From Bdellovibrionales bacterium (GTDB taxonomy: Bacteria; Bdellovibrionota; Bdellovibrionia; Bdellovibrionales; UBA1609), in the NCBI GenBank assembly GCA_963692945.1, contig OY843585.1:510001-542000 (forward strand): a stretch of DNA of 32,000 nucleotides. Reading direction: 5' to 3'. Within the stretch, counting starts at the first letter, position 1; every line of letters starts with the position of its first letter. Of the stretch, positions 18,839-27,371 are shown in pieces. A program made the translations under genes and the position numbers. The notes under the pieces were generated by a model. It had not been told where the DNA came from. It ran no database searches and was given only the letters and a program-made list of their open reading frames with translations.

Positions 18839-19840
18839 TTAAAAGTTAAAAGTCAGTTCAGCAATTAGACTGTTAGGGTCTGAAACACCATCTTCAAGTC
18901 TATAGGTATATTTAACAGCAAGATCTGAGTTTTCCCAAAGGTTAACAGCAGCTTTTACAGCAACACCTTCTGCGTTTTCAGCACTTGATTCAATGTAATC
19001 TGTATCTACTAACCTCATATTCCAAGTTGCTGCGTTGAGGTTGAAGTAATGTACTCCAACAGCAAGATTAAACATATCGTCGCCTTCGTTTACATAGATA
19101 CCAGCGTTGTAAGAATGTGCATCAGTATTAAAATCAGAATCTGTTCCGTAAATTCCAACAACACTAACTGGAACCATCATACTACGAACATCTACTTTTA
19201 CCCCAGCGTTCAATAGATTTTTACGAGAATCCTCATCGTCATTAGAGAGCATATCCGTTTTTACACCTACATGACCGGAAGCCTGAACGTCTCCCATATC
19301 ATGTTTTGCACCTACTTTGACTCCAACAACATTACCTGCGGCACTAAAAGGACCTTTAAAATCTTCATCTAGGTAAACAAGAGCTGCTTTTACATAAAAC
19401 ATTTCATTATGGTATTTTGCAGATGCACCACTAAAGTAGAGGTCATCATCATAAAGAACACCTGTTCTAGAGAAATTAGAACCCCATCCAAACTTACCTG
19501 CACGAACTTTAAGACCATCTAATGGCATATAAGTTACATAAGCTTGCTCTAGGTGGATACTATTTAATCCAAGGCTATCTTTGAATGATGTTTCTATGTC
19601 TGAACTTAGACCCACTCTCCACATAACCATGCTATTAACTTCACCAGCCCAGCCTGCGCGAGCTCTATAAGTAAAATCACCAAGTTTAATATCACCTTCA
19701 TCCCCTAAGTTTGCATTGTACTTAAGTTCAAAAGCCCCACTAAAACCACTGGCTTCTTCACCAGACATATCAGCATATGTTTCAGCAATCATACTGAGAC
19801 CAAAAAAAGCTGATAAAATAAGAATATACTTCCTAAACAT
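18839..19840 (-). CDS. outer-membrane porin-like beta-barrel protein
   Basis: 333 aa. Signal peptide MFRKYILILSAFFGLSMIAETYA. Gly/Asp/Asn-rich alternating strands. Terminal ...AELTFNF. Perfect SD AAGGAGG 6 nt before the ATG. Visibly less AT-rich than its neighbours, with a biased codon choice. Confidence 0.7.
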   Translation of the reverse strand: MFRKYILILSAFFGLSMIAETYADMSGEEASGFSGAFELKYNANLGDEGDIKLGDFTYRARAGWAGEVNSMVMWRVGLSSDIETSFKDSLGLNSIHLEQAYVTYMPLDGLKVRAGKFGWGSNFSRTGVLYDDDLYFSGASAKYHNEMFYVKAALVYLDEDFKGPFSAAGNVVGVKVGAKHDMGDVQASGHVGVKTDMLSNDDEDSRKNLLNAGVKVDVRSMMVPVSVVGIYGTDSDFNTDAHSYNAGIYVNEGDDMFNLAVGVHYFNLNAATWNMRLVDTDYIESSAENAEGVAVKAAVNLWENSDLAVKYTYRLEDGVSDPNSLIAELTFNF

Positions 19841-19872
19841 AGTAAACCTCCTTAGTTGACATTCTTTCGCTT

Positions 19873-19901
19873 AGTTAATACGGATAATTGATTCTTGTCA
19901 A
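19873..19901 (-). promoter_or_regulatory. candidate sigma-70-type promoter for the porin gene
   Basis: Minus strand has TTGACA (19901-19896), then 15-17 nt to TATTAA/TTAACT (19880-19873), about 35 nt upstream of the ATG. The -10 element is weak. Confidence 0.3.
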
Positions 19902-20442
19902 TTGTAAGGAAGACCTTAACTTAGACATAGGTTTAGAAAAGTGCTTTATAGAGAGGAGAACAGCCTGAAAGCGTTGATAATAAAGCGTTTGAGAGGTTGT
20001 GGGTTTTTAATATGTTTTATATTATGCAATAATTTTTTGTATCTGATGTGAGACAGATGATTTCTTTTTAAGTGATAAGCCTTTAAAACTCTTATTTTTA
20101 AGTCTATATATGCGTTTTCTACTAAAATTATTAATTCTTTTGAATGCACTTGAAATAGGTAAAAATAGCCTAAGGTTTAGTGTTTTCTAGGTTTTTGTCT
20201 TGTTTATATAAGGAAGTTATTAGGTATATAGGTCTTAATTTTTTCTGCATTTACTATAAATTTTTAGGGGGAATGTAGAGTTGTGGTTGATTTAAAAAGG
20301 AGTGTAGAAGAGATTCTTTTTTTTACCTAGTTTTTTTATTTTTTTTGAGTTCTTAGTAAATATTTTTTTGGATTTATGGATAATGCCTATTTTCATTGAG
20401 TTTTTATATATAAATATTTTTAATAAATTATTAAAAAGGGAG

Positions 20443-20485
20443 TCTCAAAATGGGTCACTTTAGGATATTTTTGGGAATTTTGAGA
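20443..20485 (-). terminator. possible weak terminator hairpin after the GT2 gene
   Basis: Perfect 9-bp inverted repeat TCTCAAAAT (20443-20451) / ATTTTGAGA (20477-20485), 14 nt past the GT2 stop. The loop is large (25 nt) and the T run starts 5 nt after the stem, so this is weak. Confidence 0.25.
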
Positions 20486-20498
20486 TCCAATTCTGGAA

Positions 20499-21218
20499 CT
20501 ATTTAAAAAAAGTTTTAAAAAGAGTGAACAAAAATACAAAGCCATCTTTAAAAGGTATGAGTTTTGATTGTCCAAGTCTTTCTTTATAGTTAATATCTAC
20601 AAAATGAAAATTTATTTTATGACGAATGCAATACACTGTTAGAGCCAGCGAGAAACTTAAATCATTAGGAAAACTGTGAATATCTTTAAAAGTTTCTTTA
20701 TGAAAAAGACGAAACCCACTACAAGGGTCAGGGATTAAAGTAAAGGAAAGAAGAAAAATACAATACTTATAAAATTGATTTCCTAGTTTTCTCATTAAAA
20801 ATATAGAACTGTTTTTATGCAATCGGTTGCCCCAAGCTGTCCTAACAGATTTTTGTTGAACACCTTCTACCAATTTTTTTAAATCCATAGGTTCACAAGT
20901 GTTGTCTAGGTCGCAGAAAGCAATCCATGCTTTTTTGGAATGTTTGAGTCCTTCTTTGATGGAATAACCATAACCCTTGCGAATGGCTAAATTTATGATT
21001 TTAATATTTTCTTTGTATTTTTCTAAAAGTTTCTTAGAGGAGTCTGTAGAGCCATCATTGACCACAATGATTTCTAAGTCTTCAACGAGAGTTTCATCTA
21101 AAATTTTTTTTTTAGATTCTAAAATTTTAGGTAAATAAAGAGGGATGGATTGTTCTTCATTATGACAGGGATAAATGAGAGAAATACTTTTGACTTGAAT
21201 ATTTTTTGATGAGTTCAT
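20499..21218 (-). CDS. family-2 glycosyltransferase (polyprenol-phosphate sugar transferase-like)
   Basis: 239 aa. SLIYPCHNEE, VVNDGSTDSS, CDLD (DxD-type), PCSGFRLF. Confidence 0.85.
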   Translation of the reverse strand: MNSSKNIQVKSISLIYPCHNEEQSIPLYLPKILESKKKILDETLVEDLEIIVVNDGSTDSSKKLLEKYKENIKIINLAIRKGYGYSIKEGLKHSKKAWIAFCDLDNTCEPMDLKKLVEGVQQKSVRTAWGNRLHKNSSIFLMRKLGNQFYKYCIFLLSFTLIPDPCSGFRLFHKETFKDIHSFPNDLSFSLALTVYCIRHKINFHFVDINYKERLGQSKLIPFKDGFVFLFTLFKTFFK

Positions 21219-21358
21219 AGTTCATTTTGTTTAAACCATAATTCCAATGGAATCAATTCAACTTAGGGTTTAAAAAAGGGCTGAATGTTTGGTTTCACAA
21301 ATGAAGTGTCTTGTCAGGGAAATTCAAATTTGATCCGTTCTTTCCACGAAGAATGAAG

Positions 21359-22744
21359 TTAAGCATCTTGTTCAGGAGGTTTAAGTCCTTTTTTCTTGAT
21401 TTTTTCTACAAGGGTTGTGCGATTGAGATTCAAAAGAATAGCTGCTTGTCTCCTGTTCCAATTTGTTTTTGATAATGCCTTTAGTATGAGAGAGTTTTCA
21501 TAAGAATCAACAGCACTATTAAAATCCATTCCTTCTTTTGGTATTTCTATGGTTTCTAAAGAAGAACTTTTGTGGGTTAAATATTTTTCAGGAAGGTCTT
21601 TTACTTCTATGTTCCCACCTTCTTTTAAAACAGAGAGTCTTTCTATAAGATTTTCCAGTTCTCTGATATTTCCAGGCCAATGGTAAGCACAAAGAGATTG
21701 TAGGGCTTCCTCTGAAATTCCTTCAATAGGGGTTTCGTTGGTTTTGTTAAAAATCTTTAAGAAATGATGAATCAAAAAAGGAATGTCACTTGTTCGTTGT
21801 CTAAGAGGTGCAATACGGAGAGGTATAATATTTAATCTATAAAAAAGGTCTTCTCTAAATTTTCCCTCTTGAATCGCTTTTTCTAAATCTATATTTGTAG
21901 CGGCAATAATGTGAGCCTTTGAGGGGATGATTTCTGTAGAACCTACAGGGCTAAATTCTCTTTCTTGTAAAACCCTTAAAAGTTTAACTTGTAGATTCAA
22001 ATCCATAGTACCAATCTCATCTAGAAAGAGTGTTCCATTTTCTGCCATTTCAAAACAGCCTTTATGATTGTTAATGGCACCTGTGAAGGAGCCTTTTTTA
22101 TGACCAAAAAATTCACTCTCTAAAAGTTCTTTAGGAATGGCTCCACAGTTAACACTTATGAAAGGTTGGGAGCTGTTACGAGCACAGTGGATAGAGCGAG
22201 CAACAAGTTCCTTGCCCGTCCCACTTTCTCCAATGATGAGCAAGTTCGATGAACTTTTAGAAACTTTGTGCATCAGTTCTGTCAACTTAAAAACAGCATC
22301 ACTTTGCCCAATGATTTTGTTAAAATGGAATTGCTTCTTAATGTTTTTTTTAAGATTTGTATTTTGTTTTAAAAGTTCACTTTGGATTAAAGCTTTATCT
22401 ATTACTTTTAAAAGGACATCCATATCAAAGGGTTTTGTTAAAAAATAAAAAAAGCCTTGATTGATGGCTTCAGCCACAGCGGTATTTATAGACTGCTCTC
22501 CTGTTATAAGGATAGATTGCATATAAGGGTGTTTGGCTTTGAGTTTTTTGATAAGGTTTGTTCCTTTACCATCTGTTAAATTCAAATCAACAATAGATAG
22601 GTCAAAGGATAAATTAGGGCTAAGGTTCAAAGTCTCTTCTATACTAGAGGTGCATAATGTTTTGTGATTTTGTGCTTCACAAATTTGTTTGAGAGAAAGT
22701 CTTAAGCTGGGTTCGTCATCTACTATTAAAATTCTTTTGTCCAT
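21359..22744 (-). CDS. sigma-54-dependent response regulator (NtrC-family enhancer-binding protein)
   Basis: 461 aa. Receiver with DDEP and phospho-acceptor context LSIVDLNL (D53). AAA+ domain with GESGTGKE, ESEFFGHKKGSFTGA (GAFTGA variant) and RLNI. C-terminal HTH WNRRQAAILLNLNRTTLVEKIKK. Confidence 0.9.
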   Translation of the reverse strand: MDKRILIVDDEPSLRLSLKQICEAQNHKTLCTSSIEETLNLSPNLSFDLSIVDLNLTDGKGTNLIKKLKAKHPYMQSILITGEQSINTAVAEAINQGFFYFLTKPFDMDVLLKVIDKALIQSELLKQNTNLKKNIKKQFHFNKIIGQSDAVFKLTELMHKVSKSSSNLLIIGESGTGKELVARSIHCARNSSQPFISVNCGAIPKELLESEFFGHKKGSFTGAINNHKGCFEMAENGTLFLDEIGTMDLNLQVKLLRVLQEREFSPVGSTEIIPSKAHIIAATNIDLEKAIQEGKFREDLFYRLNIIPLRIAPLRQRTSDIPFLIHHFLKIFNKTNETPIEGISEEALQSLCAYHWPGNIRELENLIERLSVLKEGGNIEVKDLPEKYLTHKSSSLETIEIPKEGMDFNSAVDSYENSLILKALSKTNWNRRQAAILLNLNRTTLVEKIKKKGLKPPEQDA

Positions 22745-22810
22745 TTTTATTAGGATACATTAGTTTTTTTAAAAATAGAGAGGGGTTTTTTAAAAACTGG
22801 ACGAAATTTT

Positions 22811-23815
22811 TTAAGGATTTGAAGGGGTTGGTTTTTCTAGATCTTTGTGAGGGACAGACAAGAGATTAGTTATAATAAGTTCACATCTTTGAAGGGCTAC
22901 ATCCATATCTTCAAAAATTTCTTTTATGTGAGATTCTTTATGATCTAGGTTTTGGTTAATGATATAAAGTAAAGCTTTGATACCAGCGATAGGGTTGTTG
23001 AGCTCATGAGCAATACTTCCTTTTATCATGCCGAGGTCTTTATTTTTTGCTTTTTGAGCTATCATTTCTTCCATTTTAAATTCCTTAGTTATGTCTTTAA
23101 CAAGTATAAGTTTAAATGGGATTTTTTCATTTTTAAGAAAGATGGTTTTGATAGAGAATTTAAAACTGAGATTTTTTTGAGGGCTGTGGGAGACCCATGA
23201 GGATTCTTTCAAATGTTTGGAAGGTTCTTTAATAGGAAAAGGAAAAAATTGAAAAACATTGAATCCTATACATTCTTTTTTAGAGATTTTGAGAAGCTGA
23301 CAAAAGGATTTGTTGGTTCTAAGGATTTGAAAGTTTTGATCTGTAATACAAAGAGATTGATAAAAAGAATCAAAAGTCATTTCCCATTCGTGCTTTGTAC
23401 TTTCTAGTTTCTTTTTATTTTTTATAAAATACAAAGAGGAGGCTACAAAGTAGGTGATTTTTTTAAGGAAATTTTTTTTAGTTTGAGAGATTTTATGGGA
23501 AGAGATGAAAGTAAGGTAACCATAATGTAGGTTTTGATATTTTAGAGAACATTTAAACCAGTAGGGAGATAAGGTTGTGTGTTTTGTGTTGTTTTTTTTG
23601 AAGAGAATAGTATTTTTAAAGAGTTTTTCTTCTAAATCCCAACCAATGTGGGCCATCTCACAGAGATTTAAAAAACTTTGTTCTTTGAGCAAAAATAAAT
23701 CTTCCAGTCGGTGGAATTTGTAGATGGATAATAAGGCTTCATAAAGTCTTGCGTTTTTACTGGAGCTTGTTTTGCAAGATTGAGATTTTTGACTCCTGCT
23801 TTTTTTTAGTCCCAT
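22811..23815 (-). CDS. sensor protein with a PAS-like domain and HisKA (DHp) H-box but no HATPase_c domain
   Basis: 334 aa. H-box GSIAHELNNPIAGIK (His270) is followed by only 64 residues. No N, G1, F or G2 boxes. A PAS-like segment precedes it (WEMTFDSFYQSLCITDQNFQILRTNKSF...LILVKDITKE). The next gene starts 66 nt downstream. Confidence 0.7.
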   Translation of the reverse strand: MGLKKSRSQKSQSCKTSSSKNARLYEALLSIYKFHRLEDLFLLKEQSFLNLCEMAHIGWDLEEKLFKNTILFKKNNTKHTTLSPYWFKCSLKYQNLHYGYLTFISSHKISQTKKNFLKKITYFVASSLYFIKNKKKLESTKHEWEMTFDSFYQSLCITDQNFQILRTNKSFCQLLKISKKECIGFNVFQFFPFPIKEPSKHLKESSWVSHSPQKNLSFKFSIKTIFLKNEKIPFKLILVKDITKEFKMEEMIAQKAKNKDLGMIKGSIAHELNNPIAGIKALLYIINQNLDHKESHIKEIFEDMDVALQRCELIITNLLSVPHKDLEKPTPSNP

Positions 23816-23960
23816 AGAATTAAAGATAATATAGGTTGATAGGTTTCGTCCTATTAAGTTTATTCTTCTTGACTAAGGAATAGGGTGAAAAAGCGTTTTT
23901 AGGAGTTTTATAAAAATAATCTTTCTTGACCTCAAGAAATCCATAAGGCAAAAGAGAAAC

Positions 23961-25328
23961 ATGGCAATAGAGCTCAATGTGATTGTTTTGGCGGCAGGCT
24001 ATGGTCGAAGAATGGCTTCAAACCTTCCAAAAGTTTTACATCCTGTTGCGGGGCAACCTATGCTTGCTCGTATTTTACAATCTCTTAAAGATACTTATTC
24101 TAAAGAAATTAGGGTTGTGGTGGGTCAGGCTCCTCATCTTGTGACTCCCATTGCTGGTAAATTTAATGCTCTTTGTTTTGAACAAAACAAAGAGGCTTGG
24201 GGGACAGCCAAGGCTGTTTCAGCCGCTTGCCCTCAAGAGTTAAAAGGTCATGTATTGATTATCAATGGAGATCATCCTCTTATTACAGGAAAGGATATCA
24301 CTCATTTTGTTCGCTCCTTTTATGATTTATCTTTAGATTGTGCTGTGGCTTCTTTTAAAAATCCTCACCCTAATGAGATGGGTCGTTTGGTTTTTGAGGG
24401 AGATCAACTGGTAGAGATTGTAGAGGCTTATGATTTAGAAAAAAGAAAAATAAAAAGTGATTATATCAATGCAGGTTTGTATTTAATTAAAGGGGAGATA
24501 CTGTCAAAATATTTATCTCAAATTGAAAAAAATCATAAGGAAGAATACAATATCACAGATATTGTTAAACTTTTAAATAGAGATAAATTGAAAGTGAGAG
24601 GGATAGAGGTTCCTTGGTATGTGGCTTTTGGAGTCAACAATCAACAGGAATTGGCTATTGCTTCATCTGTTGTCTTTGAAAATAAATGTTATGATCTCAT
24701 GTCTAAAGGAGTTATTATTGTCGATTTTAAAAAGACTTATATTGAATCCGATGTCACTGTTGGAAGTGGTACTATGATTTATCCAGGGGTTTATTTAAAA
24801 GGGCAAACAAAGATTGGGTCCTTTTGTGCTATTGAATCCAATGCTTTTATTTTTGATTCAGTGATTGATAATTATGTGAACATTAAAGCTGGCTCTTATG
24901 TGGAATCTTCTTCTGTGAAAGAGCGATCTGTTATTGGTCCTTATGCTCATTTAAGACCAGATACTGTGATTGGAAAAGAATGTCGCATAGGTAATTTTGT
25001 AGAAACTAAAAATATAAAAATGGGTGATAAATCTAAAGCTTCACATTTAACTTATTTAGGGGATGCAGAAATAGGTAAGGAAGTGAATGTAGGTTGTGGG
25101 ACAGTGACTTGTAATTATGGTGTGGATAAAAAGAAAAGACAAACAAAGATTGGTGATAAAGTTTTTATCGGTAGCGGATCTCAACTTGTAGCTCCTGTTC
25201 ATATTAAAGATAAATCTGTTGTAGGTGCTGGATCTGTTATTACTAAGGATGTTCCAGAAGGATATCTTGCTTTAGAAAGATCAGAACAAAAAAATATAAA
25301 AGATTATAAAACTAAAAAAGAGAATTAA
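23961..25328 (+). CDS. glmU: bifunctional UDP-GlcNAc pyrophosphorylase / GlcN-1-P acetyltransferase
   Basis: 455 aa. VIVLAAGYGRRMASNLPKVLHPVAG N terminus. C-terminal left-handed beta-helix hexapeptide repeats. Confidence 0.95.
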   Translation: MAIELNVIVLAAGYGRRMASNLPKVLHPVAGQPMLARILQSLKDTYSKEIRVVVGQAPHLVTPIAGKFNALCFEQNKEAWGTAKAVSAACPQELKGHVLIINGDHPLITGKDITHFVRSFYDLSLDCAVASFKNPHPNEMGRLVFEGDQLVEIVEAYDLEKRKIKSDYINAGLYLIKGEILSKYLSQIEKNHKEEYNITDIVKLLNRDKLKVRGIEVPWYVAFGVNNQQELAIASSVVFENKCYDLMSKGVIIVDFKKTYIESDVTVGSGTMIYPGVYLKGQTKIGSFCAIESNAFIFDSVIDNYVNIKAGSYVESSSVKERSVIGPYAHLRPDTVIGKECRIGNFVETKNIKMGDKSKASHLTYLGDAEIGKEVNVGCGTVTCNYGVDKKKRQTKIGDKVFIGSGSQLVAPVHIKDKSVVGAGSVITKDVPEGYLALERSEQKNIKDYKTKKEN

Positions 25329-25333
25329 AATTC

Positions 25334-27271
25334 ATGTGTGGTATTTTTGCTTACTCAGGTTCTCGTTCTGTTCCTGATATTTTGATTGAAGGATTAAAGA
25401 AACTTGAATACAGAGGTTATGACAGTTCAGGTCTTGCTTTCTTTCATCAAAACCATATAAAGCATTTTCGTGTTTGTGGTGGGGTTTCTAAATTAGAAAA
25501 TCTTTTAGATCAAAACTCTTACAAAGGGCATTTAGGAATAGGACATACTCGTTGGGCGACCCATGGTTCTCCTTCTAAAGAAAATGCTCATCCTCATAAA
25601 GCCTCTTCTATTTATGTTGTTCATAATGGAGTGATAGAAAATGAAAGTGAATTAAGAAGAAAAGTGGATTCTAGTCTTTTAACTTCAGAAACAGATACAG
25701 AGTTGATTGCTCATTTGATCTCTAATTTTTATGAAAAAGAACGGCCTGATTTATTGAAAAGTGTTTTAAAAGTGACGGAACTTTTAAAAGGTTCTTATGC
25801 GGTGGTTGCTCTCTGTGAAGAAAAGCCAGAGGAGTTGATTGCTTTTAAAAAAGGACCACCTCTTATGTTGTGTAAGGGAAAGGGAGATTATTTTATTTCT
25901 AGTGATCCCTATGTTTCAGGGGAATATTCTAACCAAGTTCTTTTCTTAGATGATGAAGAAGTTCTTTATCTTAAAAAAGATCAATTTGAAGTTTTTAATT
26001 TTCAAGGAAAAAAAATTAAAAAGGAATTTGAGACTGTAGATTACAATCAAAGTTTGTCAGAGAAAAAAGGCTATCCTCACTTTATGTTGAAAGAAATTTT
26101 TGAACAACCACATTGTATAAGTCGTGCTTTATCTTCTTATCTTGATAAAGATAAACAAACTTTAAATTTAAAAGTATCTAAAGGTTCTCAAAAAGATTTT
26201 GATGCTCTTTTTGAAAAAAACTCACAGATTCTGATTGTGGCTTGTGGGAGTAGTTATTATGCAGGTCTTTTTGCAAAATATATTATAGAAAGTATTGTGC
26301 CTATTCGGGTGGATGTTGAGATGGCTAGTGAATTTATTTATAGAAAATCTTTTATTCCAAAAGGGACTCCTGTTTTGTCTATTTCTCAAAGTGGTGAAAC
26401 GGCAGATATTCTAACAGCTCTCAAACAAGTGGAAGAAAGAGGTTTAGAATCTATTAGTCTTTGTAATGTTAAGGGTTCTACTTTGGATCGTAAAACAAAA
26501 TACAGTTTATATATGGAGGCTGGTAAAGAGGTTGGAGTCGCAAGTACAAAAACTTTTTCTTCTTCTTTGGTTGTTTTAAGTTTGTTGGGAATGCATATTT
26601 CTAAAATCAAAAAACATTTACCAGTGGATAAGGAGAAGGAGTGGATTAAGGATTTATTATCTTTGCCAGCCTATATGAAAGAAGTTTTAAATTGCGATAA
26701 ATTTTTTATGGAAACAGTAGAAACTTTTAAGAAATTTTCTGGGTTTTTTTATGTTGGTAGAGGTTTGTATTATCCCATAGCTCTTGAAGGAGCTTTAAAA
26801 TTAAAAGAGATTGCTTATTTACATGCTGAAGCTTATCCATCAGGGGAGATGAAGCATGGACCTCTAGCGATGATAGATGAGAATATTGTAGCTGTTGTTT
26901 TGCTTCCTTCAGGAGGGAAACTCTATGAAAAAACTCTCACTAATTTGAAAGAGATTAAAGCTCGTGGAGCTTATATTATAGGTTTAGGAGGGGCTTCTAA
27001 AGAAGAAGAGTTAGAGAAACTTGCCTCGTCTCAATTCGCGGAAAAAAATGGTTCAAATCAAATCACGGAAAAAAATGGTTCAAACAACAATACAATGGGT
27101 GAGTTAGAGAAACTTTGCGATCACCAGATGGTGCTTCCAAAAATAAACCATTTATTTCATCCTATTTTGAGTTTAATACCTCTTCAAATGATGGCTTATT
27201 CTATTTCCAGAAGTTATGGTTATGATGCAGATAGACCGAGGAATTTAGCAAAATCGGTCACGGTTGAGTAG
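25334..27271 (+). CDS. glmS: glutamine--fructose-6-phosphate aminotransferase
   Basis: 645 aa. N-terminal nucleophile MCGIFAY, two SIS domains (SQSGETADIL), terminal PRNLAKSVTVE. Carries an extra low-complexity insert near the C terminus. Confidence 0.95.
   Translation: MCGIFAYSGSRSVPDILIEGLKKLEYRGYDSSGLAFFHQNHIKHFRVCGGVSKLENLLDQNSYKGHLGIGHTRWATHGSPSKENAHPHKASSIYVVHNGVIENESELRRKVDSSLLTSETDTELIAHLISNFYEKERPDLLKSVLKVTELLKGSYAVVALCEEKPEELIAFKKGPPLMLCKGKGDYFISSDPYVSGEYSNQVLFLDDEEVLYLKKDQFEVFNFQGKKIKKEFETVDYNQSLSEKKGYPHFMLKEIFEQPHCISRALSSYLDKDKQTLNLKVSKGSQKDFDALFEKNSQILIVACGSSYYAGLFAKYIIESIVPIRVDVEMASEFIYRKSFIPKGTPVLSISQSGETADILTALKQVEERGLESISLCNVKGSTLDRKTKYSLYMEAGKEVGVASTKTFSSSLVVLSLLGMHISKIKKHLPVDKEKEWIKDLLSLPAYMKEVLNCDKFFMETVETFKKFSGFFYVGRGLYYPIALEGALKLKEIAYLHAEAYPSGEMKHGPLAMIDENIVAVVLLPSGGKLYEKTLTNLKEIKARGAYIIGLGGASKEEELEKLASSQFAEKNGSNQITEKNGSNNNTMGELEKLCDHQMVLPKINHLFHPILSLIPLQMMAYSISRSYGYDADRPRNLAKSVTVE
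27008..27115 (+). repeat. nested in-frame direct repeats inside glmS
   Basis: The 15-mer GAGTTAGAGAAACTT occurs at 27008-27022 and 27101-27115, 93 nt (31 codons) apart. Inside that interval the 19-mer CGGAAAAAAATGGTTCAAA occurs at 27039-27057 and 27066-27084, 27 nt (9 codons) apart. These encode ELEKL...AEKNGSNQI/TEKNGSNNN...ELEKL. Confidence 0.9.
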
Positions 27272-27293
27272 GGGATGTATAAAAGACTTTAAA

Positions 27294-27311
27294 AAAATAC
27301 TAGAGTATTTT
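27294..27311 (+). terminator. possible weak hairpin after glmS
   Basis: AAAATAC (27294-27300) / GTATTTT (27305-27311) with a 4-nt loop, 23 nt after the glmS stop. The stem is almost all A/T and the trailing U tract is part of the stem, so support is low. Confidence 0.2.
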
Positions 27312-27371
27312 ATAACTATAATGTTAAAATTATGGAGTGTTTAGTTTGATAATAATTTGAGAGGAGATGTT

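Noticed and set aside
19946-20149. 67-aa minus-strand ORF in the long intergenic region
   Set aside because: It has a GTG start with no Shine-Dalgarno. Its highly basic, low-complexity composition is what AT-rich non-coding DNA typically gives. It has no domain. I treat it as spurious.
20450-20506. 18-codon mini-ORF (MGHFRIFLGILRSNSGTI) behind a GGGAG motif
   Set aside because: It is very short, overlaps the convergent GT2 stop, and coincides with the inverted repeat better explained as a hairpin. Nothing supports translation.
21219-21358. Sigma-54 (-24 GG / -12 GC) promoter near the NtrC-type regulator, upstream of the GT2 gene or of the porin (also scanned 19841-20498)
   Set aside because: I read both strands for TGGCAC-N5-TTGC-like spacing. 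No GG-N10-GC element with flanking consensus bases was found. Only a 6-1-6 palindrome ATTCCAATGGAAT (about 21241-21253), of unknown meaning. The regulator target is probably elsewhere.
25329-25333. glmS ribozyme/riboswitch upstream of glmS
   Set aside because: glmS starts 5 nt after the glmU stop, so there is no leader in which a ribozyme could reside.
27008-27115. Tandem repeats as a CRISPR array or minisatellite
   Set aside because: There are only two copies of each unit. They are in frame and lie inside the glmS coding sequence. There is no spacer-repeat architecture.
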